Origin: an uncultured Gammaproteobacteria bacterium | GTDB lineage: Bacteria > Patescibacteriota > Microgenomatia > UBA8517 | NCBI GenBank assembly: GCA_964607795.1 | Contig: CAZSLA010000002.1 | Location: 1-50,886, forward strand | Reading direction: 5' to 3' | Length of the DNA stretch: 50,886 bases | Shown: positions 1-8,975 of the stretch, in pieces | How positions within the stretch are numbered: the stretch's first letter is position 1 | How the letters are laid out: every line of letters begins with the position of its first letter | Made by a program: the position numbers and the translations under genes | The notes under the pieces: generated by a model | Database searches by the model: none | Seen by the model: the letters and a program-made list of their open reading frames with translations, nothing else | What the model was told of the DNA's origin: nothing

Positions 1-780
1 CAGCACTGTTGTCTGCCTTCTTGAGCGAATAAGCTTAACCTGTGTTTTTCGGGGGTCAGCCTCGCCGTTATGGCCGATTTTGGCAAGTGCATTGGTCATG
101 TCTTCCTGCATGCGGTCTATTTCCTCAGAGACTATCTGTAGGTTTTGCACGCTGGCCGAGGGCTTGGGGGCTTGCTGCGATTTGACTTTCATTCGTCGTG
201 AAAGCTCCTCAGCCCGTCGCACTGAGCCGTTTTCCTTTAGAATTATTTTATAAGCCTCCACCATTAAATTGGGATCATCAATTGAAGCAAGGGCGCGAGC
301 ATGTCCCTCTGTGATAAGTCCGGATAGAAGCCCGTCTTTTAAAGCATCCGGAAGCGCCAAAAGACGCATGGAATTACTTACATAAGCTACAGATTTGCCA
401 ATGCGCACGGCAATTTCGCTTGTCGTCAAGCCAAATTCATTCATCAACCTCTCAAAGCCCGCCGCCCGATCCAGGGCATTCAAGTCCACGCGCTGCACGT
501 TTTCCACCAGAGCCATCTCCAGCATTCCTTTAGGTGAGGTTTCGCGTATAATCGCAGGCACATGCGTAAGCCCAGCAAGCTTAGAAGCCCTCCAGCGACG
601 CTCGCCGGCAATGATCTGAAAGCCAGCGGGTGTTTTGGCTATTACAAGGGGTTCCAAGATACCGTGCTCTTTGATAGAGTCAACTAAATCAACGAGTGAA
701 TCTGGGGTAATGGCGCCACGGGGCTGCAGCGGGTTGGGTTGCAGTTCATTAACATCTATCTGGATTACTTCTTCAGCCAT
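1..780 (-). CDS. parB: Chromosome partitioning protein ParB/Spo0J (3' end runs off the window)
   Basis: My translation from ATG at 780: MAEEVIQIDVNELQPNPLQPRGAITPDSLVDLVDSIKEHGILEPLVIAKTPAGFQIIAGERRWRASKLAGL... It carries the ParB-box motifs LQPNPxQPR and GERRxRA. The frame stays open to position 1. It is absent from the ORF track because no stop falls inside the window. Confidence 0.88.
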   Translation of the reverse strand, partial: MAEEVIQIDVNELQPNPLQPRGAITPDSLVDLVDSIKEHGILEPLVIAKTPAGFQIIAGERRWRASKLAGLTHVPAIIRETSPKGMLEMALVENVQRVDLNALDRAAGFERLMNEFGLTTSEIAVRIGKSVAYVSNSMRLLALPDALKDGLLSGLITEGHARALASIDDPNLMVEAYKIILKENGSVRRAEELSRRMKVKSQQAPKPSASVQNLQIVSEEIDRMQEDMTNALAKIGHNGEADPRKTQVKLIRSRRQTTVL

Positions 781-784
781 ATAA

Positions 785-1033
785 TTAGACAGAAACGCTT
801 ACGTATTTACGCCCCAACTTGTTTTTAAAATTGACAACGCCGGTATTTATGGCGAAAAGCGTGTGATCGCGGCCGACCTTTACGTTGTTGCCGGCTTTAA
901 ACTGCGTCCCCCTTTGCCGTACAAGCACCATGCCAGGGGCAACTTTTTGCCCGTTACTTACTTTTACGCCCAGATATTTTGGGTTCGGCCTTTTGTGTTG
1001 TGTGGTTTTACCGCCTTGTTTTTTGTGTGCCAT
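785..1033 (-). CDS. rpmA: 50S ribosomal protein L27
   Basis: 82 aa with N-terminus [10 protein letters not shown] and [24 protein letters not shown], the canonical L27 signature. There is no N-terminal propeptide. Confidence 0.97.
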   Translation of the reverse strand: MAHKKQGGKTTQHKRPNPKYLGVKVSNGQKVAPGMVLVRQRGTQFKAGNNVKVGRDHTLFAINTGVVNFKNKLGRKYVSVSV

Positions 1034-1104
1034 AGTTTCTTTATTAACTATAATTTATCTTTTCACAGTTGTCAATAATATATAAAGATATGTATTGATA
1101 TAAT

Positions 1105-1404
1105 TTAGACGATTTTTTCTACCAACAACCGGGTTAATTGCGGCCGAAATCCCATTTTCCTACGATAGCGGGACTTGGCTTTGTATTTTTTGACGTAAAG
1201 CTTTTCTCCTTTTTCCTCGCCCAGCTTTTTGAGGATGATTTTAGCACCCTTGACAATTGGGGTTCCCAGCTTGAATTTGCCCTCATTTACAAGCATTAAA
1301 ACCTCGTACTCAAGTTTATCGCCGTTTATTTTATCAACAATAATTTCACGGCCTTCTTCGATTTTATATTGCTTGCCTCCCAGGCGGATAATTGCATAAT
1401 TCAT
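1105..1404 (-). CDS. rplU: 50S ribosomal protein L21
   Basis: 99 aa starting MNYAIIRLGGKQYKIEEG, with a basic C-terminal KAKSRYRRKMGFRP. Typical L21, directly upstream of rpmA. Confidence 0.95.
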   Translation of the reverse strand: MNYAIIRLGGKQYKIEEGREIIVDKINGDKLEYEVLMLVNEGKFKLGTPIVKGAKIILKKLGEEKGEKLYVKKYKAKSRYRRKMGFRPQLTRLLVEKIV

Positions 1405-1439
1405 ATTTTTACTGACAAAAACTATTGTAGCGCAAAGGT

Positions 1440-2510
1440 TTAAAAAATGCCAGGGGTGTACTTATTTCTGGCACTTACCGTCATCCCCAGCATAATCGTG
1501 GTTGCCAAAAGCGAAGATCCCCCCAAAGAGATCAAAGGCAAGGGAAGGCCGGTGATAGGAAAGAGACCCATATTCATGCCTATGTGCACCATAATTTGTG
1601 CAAATAGAGTAAAAAAAACACCTGTCCCATAGGCCCGTGCCGTATAGTTTGTTGCTTTGATCACGACAGTAAGCACCTGCCATAACAAAAGGAACATCAG
1701 AACAATAACAAAAAATGCCCCCACAAAGCCCATTTCTTCAGAAATCGAGGCAAAAATAAAATCGGTATGGCGCTCAGGTAAAAAGTAAAGCTGAGTCTGT
1801 ACTCCCTCACCCAAGCCGCGGCCGGTCAAGCCCCCCGAGCCCACGGTTATCAAAGCCTGGATGTTATTGTAGCCGATGCCCTGCGGGTCGGTGGACGGAG
1901 ACAAAAGTGTAGTTATCCTTTCTCTTTGGTAATCCGCAAGCAAAAACCATGAAAAGGGCAAAAGCACGAGACCCAGAAGTGCTGCCGTGATCAATAGCCT
2001 TTTGTTAAAGCGCAAAGACAACACCACGCCCGCGAAGCTAATAGCTACAAGCACGGACACGCCCAGAGATGGAGCCATTAGGATTAAAAAAGTAGGCACC
2101 ATAAATAAAACCGTGGCCACGGCAAAGCGCCTTGCCGTCAACTCCCTGCTAGTCAAATATTGAGCAATGAAAAGAATAAGAAACGGCCGTGCAATTTCTG
2201 CTGGCTGAAGGGTAAATCCGCCGATCTGGATCCAGCGCGCAACCCCGCGGGTGACCTCACCAATTAAAATGGGCAGGGTTAAAAGTGCGGTATTTATGAC
2301 ATATAACAAAGTTGAAAAAGATTGAAGAATTTGAAAATCAATTAGCGAAAAAAAAATAAAGGCGCCTAAAGACAAGGCAATGTACAAAAAATAGGCTGGG
2401 AAGGCATAACCTGCAACCGAATGGAGGACTATGGTGGCAAAGGCAAGGGTAATTAAAATAATGCCTACAAGCCAAGGTTCATGTGTATATGAGCGAAGCA
2501 TTCTGATCAT
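1440..2510 (-). CDS. rodA: SEDS-family peptidoglycan glycosyltransferase (FtsW/RodA/SpoVE family), rodA-like by position
   Basis: 356 aa polytopic membrane protein with the SEDS motifs LPERHTDFIFA, GLxPxTGxPLPxxSxGGSS. A second SEDS gene sits in the dcw cluster, so this one is probably the elongation paralog. Confidence 0.8.
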   Translation of the reverse strand: MIRMLRSYTHEPWLVGIILITLAFATIVLHSVAGYAFPAYFLYIALSLGAFIFFSLIDFQILQSFSTLLYVINTALLTLPILIGEVTRGVARWIQIGGFTLQPAEIARPFLILFIAQYLTSRELTARRFAVATVLFMVPTFLILMAPSLGVSVLVAISFAGVVLSLRFNKRLLITAALLGLVLLPFSWFLLADYQRERITTLLSPSTDPQGIGYNNIQALITVGSGGLTGRGLGEGVQTQLYFLPERHTDFIFASISEEMGFVGAFFVIVLMFLLLWQVLTVVIKATNYTARAYGTGVFFTLFAQIMVHIGMNMGLFPITGLPLPLISLGGSSLLATTIMLGMTVSARNKYTPGIF

Positions 2511-5347
2511 ACTTTTTTAACTTCAAAGACTCCTTTGGTCAGACTTGTGGCTCCTGTTTTTAGCATCACCCGGTCAATAAGCTTTGGATCTTCGGGCAGC
2601 CAAGGGTTTTTAACTGACACTTTCTCAGCCAAATCTACGCTCATATTGCGCCTTTCTACCTGTATTTTTCTGATGAGTTCGCGCGTCTTGGCTTCTTCCT
2701 TGAGTACGGGCGTGATTTTTGTGTCGAACGCAAGCTTAAGTTCACTCCCCTTTTCCCAGACAATGGCTTTAACATTTAATTCACCTTTGATAATCTCCAA
2801 AATAGCCTCGTCCAGCTTTTCCTCAGGGGAAATCACGGTCAATTTTGCCAAAGGCTGGCGTACGGCTACAGCCTGTTCTTTTCTCAAAGCATGGGCTTTT
2901 TCGGTGATCAAGCGGGCATAAGCCATGTCATCTAGAAGCTTGTGGTCCACTGGCCCTGCTTGTGGCCAGTCCGTAAGATGCATAGATTGCTCTTTGGTCA
3001 GATTACGGTAAATCTCCTCGCTTACAAAGGGAATAATTGGCGCCATAAGCTTACACAAATTTGTTAAAACAAAATAGGCCGTGGCATAAAAACTTTGTTT
3101 ATCCGTGCTATCATTTACCCAAATTCCCAGCCGCTCACGGCTGCGTCTAACATACCAGTTTGAATAATCGTTAATAAAATCGATCAAAATATTTGTAGCC
3201 TTAAAAGTATCATAATTATCCATAGCTTCAGTAACTTCTCCTATGCTTTGATTAAGGCGCGACAAAATCCATTTTTCCAGGCCGTTTTGGGGCTTCGGGT
3301 CATAATTCTGCGGCTTCCAATTATCCAAATTGGCGTAGGTCACAAAAAAATTATATGAGTTCCAAAGCGGCAAGATGAAACTGCGCATGCTTTTACCTAT
3401 AGTTTCCAACGACACACGATATTGAGTGCCAATGGATACAGAAGAAAAGAAAAACCAGCGGGTAGCATCCGCGCCGTGACTTGAAAAGGCTTCCCAGGGA
3501 TCCAACACATTGCCTAAGTGTTTACTCATCTTTTTACCTTTAGGATCCAAAGCATGCTGAAAAACTACGGCATTTTTATAAGGAGTCTTGCCAAAAAGCA
3601 TGGTTGAAATGGCTTGCAAGGAAAAAAACCAGCCTCTGGTTTGATCAATGGCTTCCGAAATAAAATCAGCAGGAAATAGGATGCTGAACTTTTCTTGGTT
3701 CGAACTAGGATAATGCAACTGGGCAAAAGGCATGCTGCCGCTGTCATACCAGGCATCAATCACTTCAGGCACCCTTTTCATTTTTGCATGGCATTGATTG
3801 CAGGCAATTTCCACTTCATCCACCCAAGGGCGATGAAGATCAAAATCGCTCCATTTATGTTTGGTTACAGCCATATTTTTGAGTTCTTCCAGGCTTCCGA
3901 TAGCCAGCATGTGATCGCATTTATTGCAGCGCCAAATCGGCAAAGGCGTTCCCCAATAACGATTTCTGGAAAGAGACCAATCCACCAAAGTCTCATACCA
4001 ATTTTTCATTCTTCCCTTGCCTACGTATTCCGGAATCCAATTGACTTGTTGATTGTTTTTTAGAAGCTCGTTTTTAAACAAAGTGGTTTTGATAAACCAG
4101 CTTTCCAATGCGTAATAAATCAAAGGATTGTGACAACGCCAACAAAATGGGTATTGGTGACTGATATCTTCAGCTTTCCATAAAAGATCCTTATTTTTGA
4201 GATAATCAATTATTTTGGGGTTTGCGGTTTGAACGTCCATGCCAGAAAAATCCCCTACTTCTTTGGTAAATTCTCCGCGTTCGTTCACAAGATGGTACAT
4301 GGGAAGACCTTTTTCTTTACCTAATTCAAAGTCCTCCTGGCCGTACATCACTGCAGTGTGTACGATGCCGGAGCCATCTTCCGTGGTTACAAAATCGGCA
4401 TCCAAAACAGTATGCAAATTTTCATTTTCTTTAAATTTATCTGCTAAGTAAGTAAATGGCGGAGTATAGCTAAGTCCCAAAAGATCTTTACCTTTTAGTT
4501 TTTTGAGGATAGCATCTTCACTAAACCCAAGTTTTTTGATTACATCTTTGGCTAGAATCAAAGTTTCATCTTGATCATTAATAAAGACATAATCAATTTT
4601 CGGATTTACTGCCAAAGCTACATGCCCCGGCAATGTCCAGGGAGTAGTCGTCCAGACTATCAAACTTGTCTTTTTAGCATTCTTCAGCGGAAATCTCACA
4701 TACACCGAAGTATCAATAACTTTTTGATAATCCTGAGCCAGTTCATGACTGGAAAGAGGTGTCCCACACCTGATGCAATAAGGTACGACTTTATAGCCAG
4801 GATACAAGAGGTTCCTGTTGAAAAGCTCTTTAAGACTCCACCAAACCGATTCAATATATTCCCGTTTGTAAGTAACATATGGATCAGATAAATCTATAAA
4901 ATGCCCAACCCGACTGGACATCTTTTCCCACAAGTCAATATATTTCCAAACGTTTTCTTTACAAAGACCATTAAATTTTTTGATTGATGCTACTTTGTCC
5001 CCAGGAACTAAATTTTCAATTTCTTCCTTGGAGTTTATCCCCAGTTCTTTTTCAACTGACACCTCCACGGGAAGACCGTGTGTGTCCCAACCTGCTTTTC
5101 GCTCGACATAAAACCCCCTCATGGTTTTGTAGCGAGGGAAAACATCTTTAAAAGCCCGGGTAATCACATGACCGATGTGAGGCTTGCCGTTGGCCGTGGG
5201 AGGCCCATCATAAAATATATATTGTTTTTCCCCTTGATTGCGCACTAGATGTTTTTTTTCAATATTATTCTCAAGCCAATATTTTAAAATCTCTTTTTCC
5301 AACTGAGGAAAATTTTGTTTGCTGTTTATGCTGTCAAAATAAGCCAT
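2507..5347 (-). CDS. ileS: Isoleucine--tRNA ligase
   Basis: 946 aa class I synthetase: HIGH-type GPPTANGKPHIGH, KMSKS-type KMSKHLGN, CP1 editing segment TTTPWTLPGHVALAV, and DWSLSRNRYWGTPLPIW. Overlaps the rodA-like start by 4 nt. Confidence 0.92.
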   Translation of the reverse strand: MAYFDSINSKQNFPQLEKEILKYWLENNIEKKHLVRNQGEKQYIFYDGPPTANGKPHIGHVITRAFKDVFPRYKTMRGFYVERKAGWDTHGLPVEVSVEKELGINSKEEIENLVPGDKVASIKKFNGLCKENVWKYIDLWEKMSSRVGHFIDLSDPYVTYKREYIESVWWSLKELFNRNLLYPGYKVVPYCIRCGTPLSSHELAQDYQKVIDTSVYVRFPLKNAKKTSLIVWTTTPWTLPGHVALAVNPKIDYVFINDQDETLILAKDVIKKLGFSEDAILKKLKGKDLLGLSYTPPFTYLADKFKENENLHTVLDADFVTTEDGSGIVHTAVMYGQEDFELGKEKGLPMYHLVNERGEFTKEVGDFSGMDVQTANPKIIDYLKNKDLLWKAEDISHQYPFCWRCHNPLIYYALESWFIKTTLFKNELLKNNQQVNWIPEYVGKGRMKNWYETLVDWSLSRNRYWGTPLPIWRCNKCDHMLAIGSLEELKNMAVTKHKWSDFDLHRPWVDEVEIACNQCHAKMKRVPEVIDAWYDSGSMPFAQLHYPSSNQEKFSILFPADFISEAIDQTRGWFFSLQAISTMLFGKTPYKNAVVFQHALDPKGKKMSKHLGNVLDPWEAFSSHGADATRWFFFSSVSIGTQYRVSLETIGKSMRSFILPLWNSYNFFVTYANLDNWKPQNYDPKPQNGLEKWILSRLNQSIGEVTEAMDNYDTFKATNILIDFINDYSNWYVRRSRERLGIWVNDSTDKQSFYATAYFVLTNLCKLMAPIIPFVSEEIYRNLTKEQSMHLTDWPQAGPVDHKLLDDMAYARLITEKAHALRKEQAVAVRQPLAKLTVISPEEKLDEAILEIIKGELNVKAIVWEKGSELKLAFDTKITPVLKEEAKTRELIRKIQVERRNMSVDLAEKVSVKNPWLPEDPKLIDRVMLKTGATSLTKGVFEVKKV

Positions 5348-5612
5348 TGATGGGGTTAATTGTACTAAAAAATCAAGAAGTTTAAAAGAGAGTATTAAAG
5401 GACACCAGAAACATCTTTGTCAGATGCTTTCCGCACCTGGTGTCCTTGATATTAAATATTAGTGGCCGCGGAAGGCATAAGTAATATTTGCATTGCGAAA
5501 CCAGAAATCCGACGCTGGCATCTCTTTTCGACTGCTTTTTTACCCTTTACAAATGGGTAGTGATTTAACGGCACCGGCCATCACTGCAGTCTAGCCATCG
5601 ATTTAAGGTCTA
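5348..5612 (-). promoter_or_regulatory. Structured 5' leader of ileS (class unassigned; attenuator or riboswitch-like)
   Basis: A 293-nt gap with no ORF. On the minus strand GACUGC (5591-5586) pairs with GCAGUC (5535-5530). That stem encloses two hairpins, AGUGAU/AUCACU and ACCC/GGGU, forming a three-way junction. An 8-bp stem AAAUAUUA/UAAUAUUU spans 5454-5489. A 9-bp terminator-like hairpin lies near the start codon. Confidence 0.45.
5384..5445 (-). terminator. Terminator-like hairpin 37-98 nt upstream of the ileS ATG (candidate attenuator)
   Basis: GGACACCAG (5445-5437) pairs perfectly with CTGGTGTCC (5408-5400) and is followed by TTTAATACTCTCTTTT. The upstream UCUGGU could pair instead with the ACCAGG of the 5' arm. 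The U-tract is interrupted, so termination efficiency is uncertain. Confidence 0.4.
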
Positions 5613-5618
5613 TGGCAA

Positions 5619-5648
5619 ATTATATAATATATATCCTATATTAGTCAA
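5619..5648 (-). promoter_or_regulatory. Sigma-70-type promoter for the ileS leader
   Basis: Minus strand reads TTGACT (5648-5643), an 18-nt spacer, then TATAAT (5624-5619). The -35 overlaps the stop codon of the upstream ORF. Confidence 0.5.
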
Positions 5649-6048
5649 ACTCCAATAGAAATTCAGATATATTTTGACCAACCTTTTCAGTTTCAAGGTT
5701 TATATCACTTAACGCAGACACTCTTTGGTTTTCAAGACCTCCAAGCTCACTCGCTGCGGTTCTTCCAAAACGCTCACCCATCGCATCCCCAAGTGAACTT
5801 TCAAAAGCACTCCCCCCCGCCTCTTGAAGCCAAAAATGCTGCATTTCTTTGCTGAATATCATTAAGCATTTGTTTGATGCGGTTTCTTCTTGAGATCGGG
5901 CCGAACTTTCCAGCCCACCCAAAACCTGCTGCTCTTGGTTGTATGCTTCGTTAATCATGTCTATTTGAGAAGAGACGGTCTGTTCTCCACCACCGCCTGC
6001 GGGTTGAGGGGCGTAATTGGTTTTTTCTACTGCTTGTTTTTCGGTCAT
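5641..6048 (-). CDS. Hypothetical acidic, Gly/Ser/Glu-rich soluble protein, translationally coupled to the upstream HTH gene
   Basis: 135-aa ORF with no TM segment and no motif I recognise. Its ATG overlaps the stop of the 6045-6350 gene (ATGA). Confidence 0.55.
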   Translation of the reverse strand: MTEKQAVEKTNYAPQPAGGGGEQTVSSQIDMINEAYNQEQQVLGGLESSARSQEETASNKCLMIFSKEMQHFWLQEAGGSAFESSLGDAMGERFGRTAASELGGLENQRVSALSDINLETEKVGQNISEFLLEFD

Positions 6049-6350
6049 TTGTTAATCACCTCCTTTGTGGTATTTAATTCTCCGTTTTCAATTCTTTTTA
6101 AAGCTGCATTTACGTATCCTGAAACGTTTTCGGCTGGAATTTGGAGAAGTTTTTCAATGTCGCGGTATGTGTAGCCGTTTATATTCAAAATATAAGCTAG
6201 TAGATCGCGGTCATCTCCATAGAAGCGTGTCCAATCGCTAATAAGGTTTTGAAGTTCTTTTCGGGTTCTGTGTTCTTTTTTATAAAAACTTGTCCAAGCG
6301 CTTACAATCTGGTTGTATCTTATTTGTCTTAAGCTTTTTTTGTTTGACAT
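6045..6350 (-). CDS. Small HTH protein resembling sigma-70 region 4
   Basis: 101 aa. The segment GYTYRDIEKLLQIPAENVSGYVNAALKRI fits the region-4 / LuxR-type helix-turn-helix pattern. No sigma region 2 is present. Confidence 0.6.
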   Translation of the reverse strand: MSNKKSLRQIRYNQIVSAWTSFYKKEHRTRKELQNLISDWTRFYGDDRDLLAYILNINGYTYRDIEKLLQIPAENVSGYVNAALKRIENGELNTTKEVINK

Positions 6351-6351
6351 T

Positions 6352-6378
6352 TTGCTAATAATTCCTTATTATTAGCAA
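6352..6378 (-). promoter_or_regulatory. Perfect 11-bp inverted repeat enclosing the ribosome-binding site of the HTH gene
   Basis: Minus strand reads TTGCTAATAAT-AAGGA-ATTATTAGCAA, ending 1 nt before the ATG at 6350. The 5-nt centre is the AAGGA Shine-Dalgarno. This could be an operator or a translational hairpin. Confidence 0.55.
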
Positions 6379-6402
6379 CTTTCCCACCTACCCATTCTTG
6401 CC

Positions 6403-6431
6403 ATAAAAAAACCGCCTTGTTAAGAGCGGTT
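6403..6431 (-). terminator. Rho-independent terminator downstream of ftsZ
   Basis: Minus strand reads AACCGC-TCTTAACAAG-GCGGTT followed by TTTTTAT, starting 24 nt after the ftsZ stop. Confidence 0.7.
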
Positions 6432-6454
6432 ATTACTTACCTTTTTAATCTTTC

Positions 6455-7630
6455 TTAATGTATTTTCCTTAAGAAACTTGGTATCTCAAATTCCTTGCCG
6501 AATTCGTCTCGGGCTTTAATTTCTGGAATGTCTTCATCATTACTTTCTTTGTTTTCGTCTTCCTGTGGATTGCTTGGCCTGTCTGTATCTTCATCATTTA
6601 AAGGTTTATCCCCTACAATGCCTTCAAATTTGGGTGTGACCGCTGGCCTGGTCATTTTGGCAATTCTTGCCTGGGTTTCATCAAATCCCGTGGCAATCAC
6701 CGTGATGCGTACCTGGTCGGACATATCCGAGCGGATAACTGAACCAAAAATAATATTTGCATCCGCATCCGCAGCCATGGAAATAGTGCGTGCCGCCTCG
6801 TCCACCTCAAACATGGTCAGGTCCGGCCCGCCGCTAATATTGATGAGTACCCCGTGGGCGCCATCAATAGAAAGGTCCAAAAGGGGTGAACTGATGGCAG
6901 CCCTGGCTGCCATGGCGGCTCGATTGTCCCCCACCCCCGTGCCAATACCCAATAGGGCACTACCGGCATCTTTCATAATGGTCTTGACATCGGCAAAATC
7001 TACATTGACAAGTCCTGGCGTCGTGATAATTTCGGCAATGCCGCCTACCGCCTGGCTAAGGACACTATCCGCTACTTTAAAAGCCTCTACTAAAGTCATC
7101 TTACGGTCAATCACATCCATCAGCCTTTGGTTAGGAATAACTATCAAGGTGTCCACTTCTTCGCGCAAACGCTCAACCCCATCCTCGGCAATCATGTTTC
7201 TGCGATTGCCTTCAAAAGCAAATGGCTTGGTGACAATCCCTACGGTCAAAGCGCCGGTTTCTCGGGCCATTCTGGCAATGACCGGGCTTGCGCCTGTGCC
7301 TGTTCCCCCGCCCATACCGGCAGTGACAAAGACCATGTCAGAGTCCACCAAAAGTTCCTTGATTTTTTCCACTGATTCTTCGGCAGCCTGGGCACCAACT
7401 TCCGGATCACCACCCACTCCAAGACCTCGAGTAAGCTTTTCCCCGATTTGAAGCTTGGTGGGTACTGGATTATCCAAAAGCACCTGCGAGTCTGTATTGA
7501 CCGTGATAAATTCCACACCGCTAATTTCCTGGCCTTCGACCATTGAAGCCACCGCGTTTCCACCGCCTCCTCCCACACCAATCACTTTAATTTTGGCAAT
7601 CCTTGAAGAATCCGGTTTTACTAAAGCCAT
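6455..7630 (-). CDS. ftsZ: Cell division GTPase FtsZ
   Basis: 391 aa with [10 protein letters not shown], the tubulin signature GGGTGTGA, and a C-terminal peptide EIPSFLRK. Confidence 0.98.
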   Translation of the reverse strand: MALVKPDSSRIAKIKVIGVGGGGGNAVASMVEGQEISGVEFITVNTDSQVLLDNPVPTKLQIGEKLTRGLGVGGDPEVGAQAAEESVEKIKELLVDSDMVFVTAGMGGGTGTGASPVIARMARETGALTVGIVTKPFAFEGNRRNMIAEDGVERLREEVDTLIVIPNQRLMDVIDRKMTLVEAFKVADSVLSQAVGGIAEIITTPGLVNVDFADVKTIMKDAGSALLGIGTGVGDNRAAMAARAAISSPLLDLSIDGAHGVLINISGGPDLTMFEVDEAARTISMAADADANIIFGSVIRSDMSDQVRITVIATGFDETQARIAKMTRPAVTPKFEGIVGDKPLNDEDTDRPSNPQEDENKESNDEDIPEIKARDEFGKEFEIPSFLRKIH

Positions 7631-7693
7631 ATAAATTAATTTTCTACGGGCAGTTTATCAGACTTATGCTATTTGTCAAAGCATGGTTTTGTC

Positions 7694-8971
7694 TTAGGGC
7701 AGAAGCTCCTTGATGATATTAATAAGTTTAGAAAATATCGCCTTATTTGGCAACTGGATGTTTTTGGAAGCATTACCTGTCGGCTTGCCTATGTGCAAGT
7801 GGACGTTTTTAACCGCATATAAAATAAGCCCTATGGAGGTTGCAAACTGGGGCTCCAGAATGTCGTCCGTCAGCCCGCCCACACCCTCGGGCGAGGCCAA
7901 ACGCACCGGAAGCCCGAGCACCTTTTTGGCGGCGTCCGCCACTCCCACAGTTAGCGCCCCACCGCCCGTGATAATTGCGCCCGAGGGAATACGGTTTATG
8001 ATGCTGGCCCGCTCCAGATCCATTTTGACCATGGCAAAAATTTCGTTTAGGCGCGGTCGGATAATGCCTTCAATAAGCGTTCTTTTTTGTACCACTTTTG
8101 GCTCACCGCCATTTTCATCCGGAATCTCGACTTGTCTGTCTTTTTTATCCTGGTCTTTTAAGGGTTTTTCCTGCTCCAAACCAAGTTTAATTTTTTCAGC
8201 AGTATCCAAAGACACCCTAAGGCCAATGGCCAGATCGTTGGTCACGTTTCTGGCGCCGATGGGGATGGCCGATGAATAAGCCAAAGCGCCTTCCACAAAA
8301 GTGGCTATTGTCGTTGTGCCAGAGCCAATATCCAAAAGTACACAGCCAAGCTCTTTTTCAGTGTCTGTGACAGTGGCATAGCTTGAAGCCAGACCTGAAA
8401 AAACCGCTTCTTCTATTTCTACGCCCACCTCATTGACGGTCTTGGTTAGGTTTTTCAAGGCCGGGGAACTTGCAGTCACCAAGTGGGTATCCACCTCAAG
8501 GCGTACGCCCGTCATACCCACCGGGTCGCGCACTCCAGGCTCGCCGTCCACGATGTATTCGCGCGGAATGACGTGGATGATTTCTCTGGAAGAGGGCAAG
8601 GACACGGCGCGGGCAGCTTCGATGACGCGCTCCACATCCTCCTCATTAATTTCGCTATCGGGATTGGAAATGGCCACTACTCCGCTTGAATTTTGCGAAG
8701 CAATATGCCCGCCACCCACGGAAATAAAGGCTCGGTCCAGGTTAAACCCGGCCATACGTTCGGATGCTTCCACAGACTCGATTGTGGCTTCGACAGCTTC
8801 CTCAATGTCGACAATTTGGCCCTTCTTAATACCGCGCGACGGCATGCTTGCGACTCCTATAATGTTTACATTAGCATCGCCGGTTATTTGGTCGTAATTT
8901 ACTTGCGCTACCAAGGTGACTATCTTGGAAGACCCAACGTCTATAGCCGAAATGATGTTACTTTTAGCCAT
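7694..8971 (-). CDS. ftsA: Cell division protein FtsA
   Basis: 425 aa actin-like ATPase: N-terminal IISAIDVGSSKIV, DIGSGTTTIA, ITGGGA. Located immediately upstream of ftsZ. Confidence 0.95.
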   Translation of the reverse strand: MAKSNIISAIDVGSSKIVTLVAQVNYDQITGDANVNIIGVASMPSRGIKKGQIVDIEEAVEATIESVEASERMAGFNLDRAFISVGGGHIASQNSSGVVAISNPDSEINEEDVERVIEAARAVSLPSSREIIHVIPREYIVDGEPGVRDPVGMTGVRLEVDTHLVTASSPALKNLTKTVNEVGVEIEEAVFSGLASSYATVTDTEKELGCVLLDIGSGTTTIATFVEGALAYSSAIPIGARNVTNDLAIGLRVSLDTAEKIKLGLEQEKPLKDQDKKDRQVEIPDENGGEPKVVQKRTLIEGIIRPRLNEIFAMVKMDLERASIINRIPSGAIITGGGALTVGVADAAKKVLGLPVRLASPEGVGGLTDDILEPQFATSIGLILYAVKNVHLHIGKPTGNASKNIQLPNKAIFSKLINIIKELLP

Positions 8972-8975
8972 TTAA

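Noticed and set aside
1034-1104. A possible missing Prp (L27 propeptide protease) gene between rplU and rpmA.
   Set aside because: The gap is only 71 nt. L27 starts with the mature-type MAHKK sequence and has no N-terminal extension, so no Prp is expected.
5400-5445. An SRP (4.5S) RNA-like string, ACCAGGUGCGGAAAGCA, on the minus strand.
   Set aside because: Only the ACCAGG and GGAA portions resemble the helix 8 consensus. The 3'-side AGCAGCC/AAGGCAG elements and the long closing helix are absent. The position, 40 nt upstream of ileS, fits a leader hairpin better.
5348-5640. A tRNA or other small RNA gene in the largest intergenic gap.
   Set aside because: I found no T-loop (GGTTCGAATCC-like) or cloverleaf arrangement on either strand. 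The structure is better read as a cis-acting leader downstream of a promoter.
6495-7451. A 318-aa plus-strand ORF, plus the 82-aa (7127-7375, +) and 111-aa (7246-7581, -) ORFs, lying inside ftsZ.
   Set aside because: They lie entirely within the unambiguous ftsZ reading frame. The products are low-complexity Ser/Ala/Pro-rich with no motifs. Long shadow ORFs are expected in the locally GC-rich ftsZ sequence.
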